The notes under the pieces are model-generated. The model was not told the DNA's origin, made no database searches, and saw only the letters and a list, made by a program, of their open reading frames with translations. From Candidatus Pacearchaeota archaeon (lineage in GTDB: Archaea > Nanobdellota > Nanobdellia > Pacearchaeales > GW2011-AR1), in assembly GCA_018303945.1 (NCBI GenBank), contig JAGVXD010000001.1, forward strand, positions 2,877 to 66,876: a stretch of DNA of 64,000 bases. Reading direction: 5' to 3'. Positions 38,168-47,490 of the stretch are shown in pieces. The position numbers were made by a program, and so were the translations under genes. Each line of letters starts with the position of its first letter. Within the stretch, counting starts at the first letter, position 1.

Positions 38168-38452
38168 TCATCGTTTCTTGGCGGGAGGGATATATACTTT
38201 TTGAATTTGAAAGCTCTTATAAATGCCTTCAATTATATCTGTTCCTGCATAGCCGGCAAGAACAGAAAGACGCGGATCAAAATTAAAGATAAGCCCCGTC
38301 ATAGCTCCTATCAAAGCAGAAAGCAAAACCGTAAATATCCAGTATCTCCAGACAATTTTCATATTAACTGCCAGAGCCTTGAAAATGCCCACTGTTGCCC
38401 GCACTACTCCTCCTAAAGCTCCAAGTGCAATGCCTAAAATTATCTCGTTCAT
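38168..38452 (-). CDS. Small membrane protein
   Basis: Hydrophobic ORF; ATGA overlap with the upstream RHH gene. Confidence 0.35.
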   Translation of the reverse strand: MNEIILGIALGALGGVVRATVGIFKALAVNMKIVWRYWIFTVLLSALIGAMTGLIFNFDPRLSVLAGYAGTDIIEGIYKSFQIQKVYIPPAKKR

Positions 38453-38685
38453 GGCAAAACTCTTACCGATTTTAGAATTTTATAAGTCTTTTTTGTCGGT
38501 ACTGCAAATTTATTTAAGAATGGATCGAATTTAGAACGTGGCTTTTCCTGATGATGATATACATTTCTGCGTATTACTTCGTGCAAATATTCGTGAACAT
38601 CTCTATACCCTAAGCGCAAAGCTTTCTTCTTGGCTCGTTCAGCTGTCTGCCCGTCAATCATAAGCGCCACACCCTCTTTTTTCAT
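38449..38685 (-). CDS. Ribbon-helix-helix-like small protein
   Basis: GVALMIDGQTAERAKKKALRLGYRDVHEYLHEVIR. Confidence 0.4.
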   Translation of the reverse strand: MKKEGVALMIDGQTAERAKKKALRLGYRDVHEYLHEVIRRNVYHHQEKPRSKFDPFLNKFAVPTKKTYKILKSVRVLP

Positions 38686-38762
38686 TATTTTAAGTGCCTA
38701 AGTACACTTTTCCGACGTCAGCATTATATTTAAACGTTCCGTCTTGTTTCAGTTAAGAAGAT

Positions 38763-40967
38763 TTATTGATTTTCTGCCAGACCTTTTCTTTGTCTAATTT
38801 TTGTAATTAGAGAAGGCTGCAATTCGCCTGGAAGTTTCTGGAATTCTTGGTCCATAAGACTTGAAACGCCTCTTCCTTCTGTAGAACTGCGAAGGTCGTT
38901 GCTCCATCCAATCATTTCAGCGACAGGGATTTTAGATTTTATTACAGTATCCGAGCCTTCTTGCTGTACATCAATTAATATACCTCTTTTACTGCCTACA
39001 AGCTGTGTAACTGCCCCCATGAAATCCACAGGCACTTCAATTTGATGTGTTTGTATTGGTTCAAGAATAATAGCTCCTCCGCGTTTGATGCAGTCATGCA
39101 TTGCCTGTCGTACTGCAGGATATATTTGAGCAGGACCTCGATGCATATGATCAACGTGAATTTTTGCATCATGCAAAATTATCTTTGTTTTCATCATTGG
39201 CTCTTTTGCCAGCGGCCCTCCATCTACTACTAATTTCCATCCATCCATAATTGATTCAATAATCTCCGGAAGCAAAACCAAACCTCGTGTTCTATCTTGA
39301 AAGACATTTCCTTTGTAAATTTCCCTGTACTGTCTAGCTTCTTCATTTGAAATTCCAAGTTCAGACAACTTATTCCATACATCCTCTGCTTTTTTCTTTA
39401 GCCGTGTTTCCGGAAGAACTCCGTTTTGTATAGCATTATATATATCATTCTCAAGCGGCTCCATGCTGAAGTAAAAGATGTTATGTCCGTTAGGCGTTCT
39501 TACTTCAAGCTCTCCGCTGTCTTTTGCTATGCTCTCACGATAAACGACAATTGGTGATCCGGTTTTAACTTCAAGGCCCTTTTCATTCTTTATTCTCCCT
39601 TCTATAATTTCAAGATGTAATTCGCCCATGCCAGAAAGAAGGTTCTCTCCAGTTTCTTCGTTTATTTCAATTTTGATGCTCGGATCTTCTTTGCCAACTT
39701 TTCTTAATACTTCAATTAATTTAGGCAAATCTGCAGATCGTACAACTTCAATAGACTTTGTAATGACTGGCTGGAAAATATGCTTAATTTCTTCAAAGGG
39801 CATTTGCTCATTTATAGTAATTGTATCTCCTACATCAGCATTAAGACCGACAAGAGCAAGAACGTTTCCCGCAGGCACTTGCTCAAGCTGTTCAGGTTTA
39901 ATACCATTATAGACTAGAACTTGCTGAATACGGGTTTTCTTTTTGGCGTTGTTAGCATAAACTTCAGCCCCATTAACAATTGTGCCTGAATATAATCTTC
40001 CTGCCGCAATTTCCTTTCCTGAACGCTTATCTATTACTATGTTTGTAATGACGAAAGCTACTTCTCCATTTCTGTCGCAATTAATTAAACTCTGCCCAAA
40101 TGCACTTTGAATGTCTCCCTTCCATATCTTAGGAATTCTATATTTCTGTGCATCTACAGGATTTGGGAGATGTTTTACTGCCATGTCAAGAATAACTTCA
40201 TTCAGTGGAGCATTTTCCCATACCCATTTCTTGCGCTGCTCTTCTTCCATTTCATAAATTTTATAGATGTCCCTGAAACTGACATTTTTCTTTTTCATGA
40301 AAGGTAAAGAAAGAGCCCAATTTTCCCTAGCTGAACCAAATGCTACGCTTCCATCAGCAACGCTTACTTTCCATTTCTCCTTATACTCCGGCTCTGCAAT
40401 TTGCATGATAAGATTGTTAAAGTTATTTATTAGCTTCATAAAACGCTCTTGCATTTGTTCAGGAGTCACTTTTAGCTCTTTTATCAGTCTGTCTACTTTA
40501 TTTATGAACAAAACAGGCTTGACGCGCTCCCTTAATGCCTGTTTAAGCACTGTTTCAGTCTGAGGCATTATTCCTTCAACGGCGCAAATAAGAACGAAAG
40601 TACCGTCAATAGCTCTCATGGCTCTTGTAACATTTCCTCCAAAATCAACGTGCCCAGGAGTGTCAATAAGATTAATTAGATATTCCTCTCCCTGATATTC
40701 ATGAGCCATGGATACATTCGCAGCGTCAACAGTCATTAATCTTTCCTGTTCATCGGCATGTTGCCAGGTAGTCATTCCCTCCTCTAAATCTCCTGCATTT
40801 TTAGATGCCATAAGTCCTGCTGCCGCCAGAAGATTATCTGTAAATGCAGTCTTCCCATGGTGAATGTGCGCAGACGTTGCTACGTTTCTTATTGATTCCT
40901 GCTTCGACGTTAGTCGCTGAATCTTCTGCAAACTTGTTTCTTTTTCTACCATAGAATAAAAGCTCAT
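38763..40967 (-). CDS. fusA: Translation elongation factor 2
   Basis: G1 motif AHIHHGKT and full aEF-2 length. Confidence 0.95.
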   Translation of the reverse strand: MSFYSMVEKETSLQKIQRLTSKQESIRNVATSAHIHHGKTAFTDNLLAAAGLMASKNAGDLEEGMTTWQHADEQERLMTVDAANVSMAHEYQGEEYLINLIDTPGHVDFGGNVTRAMRAIDGTFVLICAVEGIMPQTETVLKQALRERVKPVLFINKVDRLIKELKVTPEQMQERFMKLINNFNNLIMQIAEPEYKEKWKVSVADGSVAFGSARENWALSLPFMKKKNVSFRDIYKIYEMEEEQRKKWVWENAPLNEVILDMAVKHLPNPVDAQKYRIPKIWKGDIQSAFGQSLINCDRNGEVAFVITNIVIDKRSGKEIAAGRLYSGTIVNGAEVYANNAKKKTRIQQVLVYNGIKPEQLEQVPAGNVLALVGLNADVGDTITINEQMPFEEIKHIFQPVITKSIEVVRSADLPKLIEVLRKVGKEDPSIKIEINEETGENLLSGMGELHLEIIEGRIKNEKGLEVKTGSPIVVYRESIAKDSGELEVRTPNGHNIFYFSMEPLENDIYNAIQNGVLPETRLKKKAEDVWNKLSELGISNEEARQYREIYKGNVFQDRTRGLVLLPEIIESIMDGWKLVVDGGPLAKEPMMKTKIILHDAKIHVDHMHRGPAQIYPAVRQAMHDCIKRGGAIILEPIQTHQIEVPVDFMGAVTQLVGSKRGILIDVQQEGSDTVIKSKIPVAEMIGWSNDLRSSTEGRGVSSLMDQEFQKLPGELQPSLITKIRQRKGLAENQ

Positions 40968-41063
40968 ACAAAAAAAGGTTTTTAAATCTTTACCCAGAGT
41001 TCTATATGATAAATATGAAAAAAAAAGTTAAATTTGCTGTAAAGTTACGATTGCTGAATTATA

Positions 41064-41216
41064 GAAAATTCTGTTGGATACAGAGAACTGCCCTTCCGTG
41101 AGCTATATGTAATGCAGTTACAGAGAATTCTGATAATTTTACATTTTGCGGCAGAATTCTCTGGACGGAAAAATTCTGTTTATTGCATCATGTTCAGTAA
41201 AGAATTTTCCGTATCC
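41064..41216. repeat. MITE-like repeat copy A (full copy ~41120-41216 plus upstream partial copy)
   Basis: About 85 percent identical by eye to 52024-52121; repeated AGAATTC motifs. Confidence 0.6.
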
Positions 41217-41235
41217 ATATATCTAATATTTATTT

Positions 41236-42000
41236 ATGCAAAGAGAGCGCAGGCATAACATTTATATCAAAGTTATATCTTTAAATATTATGGTAATTAA
41301 AGCAGAAACTCTTTTAGAACAGAGAATTGACCACTTTCAGCGCTGGGAAGAAACAGAGAGATATAAGTTAGAATTAGAGGCTCAAAGAAGAAGAGCAAAA
41401 GATATGAATTTTCCGCATCAATATCTAAGAAGGGGAATATATGGCTGGCAGACATATTATGCCGGTGGGAAAGAGAACAAGTGGAAATATTTCTGGGAGT
41501 TAAGAGGAGACAAAGAACAAGTCAGGAAAATTATTGCTGAAAAATACGCAAATCTGGTTCGTAAAACAACAAATAATGAGAAGATAAATATGCTTGACAG
41601 AATATATGACCCAATCAATACAAGAAATAAAACTGTAACTTCTACAGCATATCAGGTAACGGTGGGAGAAAATGGTATGGTGCAGTATATACAGATAAAT
41701 TCGCCATTTAACCCTCAAGATTCTTTAGAACAAAGCTTGAGATATTTTGGGCATTTCTTTAATAATCAATATGAAAAATTCGTTATTGAAGCAATTAATG
41801 TTGATTGGGGAAGAAGAGTAGGGGTGCACCTAAAAGCTTATCATCCTTTAGATATAAAAAAGAGTGAGCTCCTTTATGAATGTGTTTGGCCAAAATCTAT
41901 TCCTTCATCCAATGAATTTGCCATGCTTGAGAGAGATTTCATTTCAATTCTAGATTCAAGACTCCTTCAAACTAAAGACACTATACATTATGCAGTTTAA
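41236..42000 (+). CDS. Hypothetical protein (254 aa) inserted between fusA and rps7
   Basis: ORF only. Confidence 0.45.
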   Translation: MQRERRHNIYIKVISLNIMVIKAETLLEQRIDHFQRWEETERYKLELEAQRRRAKDMNFPHQYLRRGIYGWQTYYAGGKENKWKYFWELRGDKEQVRKIIAEKYANLVRKTTNNEKINMLDRIYDPINTRNKTVTSTAYQVTVGENGMVQYIQINSPFNPQDSLEQSLRYFGHFFNNQYEKFVIEAINVDWGRRVGVHLKAYHPLDIKKSELLYECVWPKSIPSSNEFAMLERDFISILDSRLLQTKDTIHYAV

Positions 42001-42016
42001 TGAAATTAGATAAGTT

Positions 42017-42643
42017 TTATCTTGCAGAATCAGCTTGCTTTTCAGCCTCGTTTTTCTTGCTCATGGCATAGCTTTCCATGTTCGCTTGCGATGCCGCGAT
42101 TATTTCTGACGCAAGGGCATCAGACATATGTTTCTTCTTGCCGAATGATTTTGTATATGCGCCCTGAATCATCCAGCGAATAGCGAGATTAATGCGTCTT
42201 ATAGGGCTTACATCTACGGCTTGAGGATATCTTGCTCCGGCCTGTTCTATAACCGTAACCTCGTCTCTTGGAGAAGCATTTTCTATAGAACTTACAAACA
42301 CCTGCACAGGATTTTGTTTTGTTTTCTGTTCAATTAAAGCCAGTACTTCCACGACAGTTTTCATATTTCTATTATATTTCCCTGAACTCCAACTTGTGAT
42401 AATTTTGTGCTTCTTGCCAACATGCCCCGGAACTGCCAGTCTGTTCGCCAGTCTTTCTATTACGTTAACTTTTGTTGCACCTAAATTTTCAAAATTTCTT
42501 CTCCCGTGTGACTTTATCAATAATTTTGAGCGTACATTTAGATAGGGTTTAAGGGCCGCATCCTTAATCTCTATTTTTGAAACATCATACTTATCAAATA
42601 TCTTAAATTGAATATGTCCTTGCGTGTTAGAGTTTTCTGCCAT
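42017..42643 (-). CDS. rps7: 30S ribosomal protein S7
   Basis: S7 core; position next to S12. Confidence 0.9.
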   Translation of the reverse strand: MAENSNTQGHIQFKIFDKYDVSKIEIKDAALKPYLNVRSKLLIKSHGRRNFENLGATKVNVIERLANRLAVPGHVGKKHKIITSWSSGKYNRNMKTVVEVLALIEQKTKQNPVQVFVSSIENASPRDEVTVIEQAGARYPQAVDVSPIRRINLAIRWMIQGAYTKSFGKKKHMSDALASEIIAASQANMESYAMSKKNEAEKQADSAR

Positions 42644-42644
42644 T

Positions 42645-43067
42645 TTATCTTCTGCCCTTTTCTATTTTGCCGGTCCATAGTCTGTGCAATGGCTGGTCAT
42701 TTACTTTAATTACCTGAAAACGTATTCCCGGAATGTCTCCCTTTGAACGCCCCATACGTCCGCCAATGCGTTCAATTATAACTTCATCATGTTCATCTAT
42801 AAACTTCTGCGCTAAATTTCCTGGAATAAATGCCCCCACAGCTATGCCATTCTTGATAAGCTGCACTTTGCAGCATTTCCTCATTGCAGAGTTAGGCTGT
42901 CTTGCTTCTTTTTGAAACTTAGATATGACTATGCCTTTCGCTTGTGAAGAACCTTCAAGTGGGTCTGCCTTCACCCGCAGTTTGAGCATTCTAGACTTAT
43001 ATACGCGCTGGCGCCACTTAAATTTGCGGCTGCTCTTCATCATTTTTCTTGCGCTCATCAATCCCAT
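42645..43067 (-). CDS. rps12: 30S ribosomal protein S12
   Basis: [13 protein letters not shown]...[16 protein letters not shown]. Confidence 0.9.
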   Translation of the reverse strand: MGLMSARKMMKSSRKFKWRQRVYKSRMLKLRVKADPLEGSSQAKGIVISKFQKEARQPNSAMRKCCKVQLIKNGIAVGAFIPGNLAQKFIDEHDEVIIERIGGRMGRSKGDIPGIRFQVIKVNDQPLHRLWTGKIEKGRR

Positions 43068-43145
43068 GTATTCTCGTGGAAAAATTGCTTTTTAAATCTT
43101 CTGGCTAAGAAGAAAAATATTTATATACCAGAATAAGCAAATTTC

Positions 43146-43508
43146 ATGGACGAGATTGATAAATTAGCTAATAGAATTCAGAATGAAACATTTTGGAGAA
43201 GAATAAAACTGACATCATTCAGAAATGCCTGCGAGCTTCTGAAAACTAGATTTGATATAGTGCCTTCTTTAAGCGATAAAGGGTTTATTCTAAGATACAT
43301 AACAGAATATTATAATGAACAAAGAGAAATAAGATTTTCAGAAAGATACGAAGCAGACCCTATGCTTGAAGCTATTGCAAAATATCTCATGATTCATTAT
43401 AATTTTAGAGATGTAGGGTTGATACATAAAATTCTCTACAATAAAGATGATATAAGTATAAACAAAAAATTAAGAGAATATAGACTGCAATTTGAAAGCA
43501 ATACTTAA
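43146..43508 (+). CDS. Hypothetical protein (120 aa), opposite strand inside the nusA-rps12 cluster
   Basis: ORF only. Confidence 0.4.
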   Translation: MDEIDKLANRIQNETFWRRIKLTSFRNACELLKTRFDIVPSLSDKGFILRYITEYYNEQREIRFSERYEADPMLEAIAKYLMIHYNFRDVGLIHKILYNKDDISINKKLREYRLQFESNT

Positions 43509-43918
43509 ACAATCCTAAGCTCAATACCGAAAGTATCCTTCACTATTTGCTTAAGCTCTTCTTCTCTGCGCCTGTTTCTTCCTATTAATGCCGCCTTGCT
43601 TTGACTTCCAGCAGTCAGCACGAATTCGCCTTCCTTTAATTCCAGAGACTTAAAGTTTATAGGAGAAACAACTGCTTCGACAAAATGTTGTGCATCTTCT
43701 ATGTTTACAGCTTCCTCTATTATACGTATTCTTTTCCCTATCTGTTCCTGGATAGCCCTTACATGTGAAGCTTCAGGTCCAATAGCCTGCGAAACAAAAG
43801 CCTTTGGTACAGCAAAGATAATCGTATTATTGTAAGGAAAACATTTGCGCGTCTTGACATGGGAAGCTCTATCTAAAAGATTAATATATCTCATAGTTTG
43901 CATATTAATAATTGCCAT
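43505..43918 (-). CDS. nusA: Archaeal NusA-like KH-domain protein
   Basis: Tandem KH-like segments; conserved position downstream of rpoA. Confidence 0.75.
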   Translation of the reverse strand: MAIINMQTMRYINLLDRASHVKTRKCFPYNNTIIFAVPKAFVSQAIGPEASHVRAIQEQIGKRIRIIEEAVNIEDAQHFVEAVVSPINFKSLELKEGEFVLTAGSQSKAALIGRNRRREEELKQIVKDTFGIELRIV

Positions 43919-44043
43919 TTTAGTCAGTAGAATACTTTACGTGAAGACAACAAACGCATTAAAAACCTCACAAGTCTCATTTATCATTTCTTATTTTGAA
44001 AGTTTATAAATGTTTCCCCAAGCTCATCGTCGAGAAAGAGAAG

Positions 44044-47000
44044 TCATTCTTTTTTAGATTTCTTTTTGTCCAATTCCTTGTTTACTAAAGGTCCGGTAAC
44101 CTCAACTAGCAATCCAGGAAGTCCCGTGCCTACAGGAATAGCCTGATTTAGGAGAATGTTCTCTATAACTGACTTCAACTCATCTCGTCCGCCCTGTATT
44201 GTAGCATTAATGAACTGCTTGTCAGGTGTTTCAAATGTAGCTCTTGCAAGTATACTTGCTTTTTCAGATATAATTCCCATTCTTGTTACTCCTTTTACAA
44301 CCCCATTAGAAGTCATAGCATCGGCAAGAAGCTTTAGATGCCTTTCATTAATATCTAATCCTTGTGACTCTATGACTTTCTTAATTTCATTGACTATTGT
44401 CTGTCTTGCAGCTTCAATACCCAAGACATCAGCAGTATCATGAATGTCGTTTGATACAATCTTGTCCCTGTCAACTCCTTTAAATTCTCTTATTTCTTTC
44501 AAGTTGGAGCCGGCAGTCAGAACAACATAATCTCTTCCCCTTGTAACAACAACTACTTGCGATATTCCCTTTATTCCTGAAATTATTGTTTTCTTAAGTT
44601 TCTCCTTAAGTTTGTATATTTCCTTGAAATCTAATTCTGAAACATTGATGCTTATCTTAGTGTCATTGTTTCTCAATTTGAATCCTTTTTCCTCTAATCT
44701 CTCTGCTATTTTTTGCGGTCCACTATGGATAAGTTTAAGCGCTTTAGAATCAAGGATTATCTCAATTTTCTTGTTGGCAAAATCAATTGTTATTTCGTCT
44801 ATAATTTCCTGAAGAGTAACTTCTTTTATCTTCTCTGCTACGACTTTGGAGTCTTTTTCATTATTATGCTCCTTATCAAGGCATATCTCCATCATTGGAG
44901 TGGAGGGCTGTTTTCGGGCATCTAAAATTTCAATTAAACGTGGAAGTCCGACTGTAACTTGGAACTGGGAAACTCCTGCGTGATGAAATACTCTTAAAAC
45001 CATTTGTGTTGAAGCTTCTCCGAATGATTGGGCTGTAATAACTCCTATTGCCTCTCCTGGCACGATTTTGGAGTCCTTTAGATGAAGCTTTGCAACATCT
45101 TTTCCGTCATCTCCATATACAAATTGAATTATATTTTCTGAAGCATCTCTGACAGTTCCGTCATACTCCACTTTCAAATCCTGCAAGGCACTTACCAGTC
45201 TCCTGTAAAGATAACCGGATTTTGGAGTTCTAAGAGCAGTATCCATAAGGCTGTCTCTTCCAGTAATTGCTCCAAAGAAAAATTCGCTCGGTCTTAGTCC
45301 GTCTATATATGAAGATTTAATAAACCCTCTTGATTCTGGGCTCAAGTCTCCTTTCCTGAAGAATGAAAGCGTTCTTTCATTGTATCCAAAACTAATACGT
45401 TTGTTCCAGAGAGACTGCTGACCTACACAGCACGCCATTTGAGTAATGTTAAGCATGCTACCTCCAGCTCCAGGAGTTATCATTTTATTTATGTTTGCAT
45501 TTGACGGGAAGTTAGATTTGACAATTGCACCAATATCAGTTCTTACTTCATTAAGAACCTGAAGCACTTTTGTCTCCCGAGACTCTTCAAGAGTCTTGCC
45601 AGGCAGAGAAGACAAAGTCCTATCTTGATAATCTGATATAATTTGTTTAGTCTTGCGTTCTGCTTCTAACAATATAGCATCGCTCATCTCTTTTACTTTT
45701 TCTGAAACATTTAAATCGTTTACAGATAAAGTATATCCTTTTCTAGATAGATACAAAGCTCCAATAAGAAAAGATTTATAGATTGTATCTACAGTTTGCT
45801 CGCGCCCTATATCTCTATCCAATGTTTTTATAAGCGCCCCATCTTCAATTCCAAACGAATTACTGCTTATTATATCGGAACTAAATTTGCTTATTGCGCC
45901 TTTAGGAGCTACTTGGGTAAATAATTCCTTGCCGCTTATACTCTTGCCCTTGTGAGAATTAATTATTCCTGCAGAATAAAGCAACTGGTCTGCATCTGCC
46001 TTAGAAAATTCTTCCTTGCCTAACAAATAAGCTCCAGTGATAGAATCTGCAATGGTGCCTACAAGATTCATATTGTTCTTAGAAGAGATTATATTTGCAT
46101 CAACATTCAGAAGAACCTGTGCTTCAGAACGAGCTTCTTCAGTCTGCGGGCTGTGTATGTTCATTTCATCCCCATCATAGTCTGCATTATAAGGGGCAGC
46201 TGCGGCAGGATGAAGCCTGAAAGTTCTATGGGGCAGAACTCTTACATAATGAGCCATAAGGCTCTGTTTGTGCAAGGAAGGATGACGATTGAAGAGCACA
46301 ATATCTCCGTCTCTCAAATGTCTTTCTATTTTATATCCTGGTTGAATCTCTGAGCATAGTTCCTCTTTAAGTTCATCAGTGATGCGTTTTCTCTTTCCAT
46401 CGGATCTTACTACATAATTAGCTCCGGGATATTGTGTGCCTTTCCTTATCAACTCTTTCATTGATTCTAAGTTAGTAGTTGTCACTGTCTCTGCAACAGT
46501 TATAATTTTTGCAATTTCAAAAGGAACTCCAACTTCATTTATTTTTATGAATGGATCCGGGGAGACAACTGTGCGCGCAGAATAATTTACTCTCTTTCCT
46601 GCAAGGTTGTGTCTTATTCTGCCTTCCTTTCCTTTTATTCTTTCAGTTATTGTTTTAAGAGGCTGACCAGAACGATGTCTTGCCGGAGGTATTCTTGAGA
46701 CATTGTTGTCAAAGAAAGTTGTAATGTGATATTGCAGAAGGTCCCATAAGTCTTCAATTATAACTTCAGGTGCTCCTGCATTAAGATTTTCCCACAATCT
46801 CTGATTAGCTCTTATTATATCAGATAATTTATGTGTTAAATCATCTTCGCTTCTCTCTCCAGTGTCAAGAGTTATAGACGGCCTGACGGTCACCGAAGGC
46901 ACTAATAATAGAGAGATTACCGCCCATTCCGGTCTGCATGTTCTTGAGTTTATGCCTATTTTGCGAAGCTCTTCATCTTTAATATTTACAAGTCTTTCTC

Positions 47001-47490
47001 TTACTTCTATAGAACTCATGCGTTTCTTGCCGAGCATGAAATTGCTTGGCTTTTCAAGCTTGACACGCTCAAGTGTTTCGCTGCAATGCGGACATTTCTT
47101 TGCATCTCTCGCTTTCTTAGCCCTCATGCTTGTAGCATATTCCTTTTGTTTTTCATCGCTTAGAGTCAGCTTACCACAATGAGAACAAAAGCTCCTCAAA
47201 CAAAGTTCTATAAGGGGAATATATTTTATATGAAATACTGGGCGGGCGAGCTCGATACTTCCAGGATGCCCTATGCACTCTTTAAATCTCTGTCCACAGG
47301 TTCTGCATCTTACTCCAGGATCAATAGCTCCAAGACGTAAATCCATAAGCCCCCCATCTACCGGAAACCCATCAATATCATATAATTCAGGAGTTACTAC
47401 CTTTGCAGAGCTAAGTTTCTTTATATGTTCCGGGCTCAACAGGCTGAACTTCAAAGCCTTCACTTGTTTTCTGAAATATATGTCCTTCAT
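44044..47490 (-). CDS. rpoA: DNA-directed RNA polymerase subunit A, unsplit A'/A'' in one ORF
   Basis: N-terminal zinc motif, NADYDGDEMN catalytic loop, bridge helix, trigger loop AQSFGEASTQMVLRVFHHAGV and an A''-type C-terminus in a single 1148-aa frame. Confidence 0.9.
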   Translation of the reverse strand: MKDIYFRKQVKALKFSLLSPEHIKKLSSAKVVTPELYDIDGFPVDGGLMDLRLGAIDPGVRCRTCGQRFKECIGHPGSIELARPVFHIKYIPLIELCLRSFCSHCGKLTLSDEKQKEYATSMRAKKARDAKKCPHCSETLERVKLEKPSNFMLGKKRMSSIEVRERLVNIKDEELRKIGINSRTCRPEWAVISLLLVPSVTVRPSITLDTGERSEDDLTHKLSDIIRANQRLWENLNAGAPEVIIEDLWDLLQYHITTFFDNNVSRIPPARHRSGQPLKTITERIKGKEGRIRHNLAGKRVNYSARTVVSPDPFIKINEVGVPFEIAKIITVAETVTTTNLESMKELIRKGTQYPGANYVVRSDGKRKRITDELKEELCSEIQPGYKIERHLRDGDIVLFNRHPSLHKQSLMAHYVRVLPHRTFRLHPAAAAPYNADYDGDEMNIHSPQTEEARSEAQVLLNVDANIISSKNNMNLVGTIADSITGAYLLGKEEFSKADADQLLYSAGIINSHKGKSISGKELFTQVAPKGAISKFSSDIISSNSFGIEDGALIKTLDRDIGREQTVDTIYKSFLIGALYLSRKGYTLSVNDLNVSEKVKEMSDAILLEAERKTKQIISDYQDRTLSSLPGKTLEESRETKVLQVLNEVRTDIGAIVKSNFPSNANINKMITPGAGGSMLNITQMACCVGQQSLWNKRISFGYNERTLSFFRKGDLSPESRGFIKSSYIDGLRPSEFFFGAITGRDSLMDTALRTPKSGYLYRRLVSALQDLKVEYDGTVRDASENIIQFVYGDDGKDVAKLHLKDSKIVPGEAIGVITAQSFGEASTQMVLRVFHHAGVSQFQVTVGLPRLIEILDARKQPSTPMMEICLDKEHNNEKDSKVVAEKIKEVTLQEIIDEITIDFANKKIEIILDSKALKLIHSGPQKIAERLEEKGFKLRNNDTKISINVSELDFKEIYKLKEKLKKTIISGIKGISQVVVVTRGRDYVVLTAGSNLKEIREFKGVDRDKIVSNDIHDTADVLGIEAARQTIVNEIKKVIESQGLDINERHLKLLADAMTSNGVVKGVTRMGIISEKASILARATFETPDKQFINATIQGGRDELKSVIENILLNQAIPVGTGLPGLLVEVTGPLVNKELDKKKSKKE

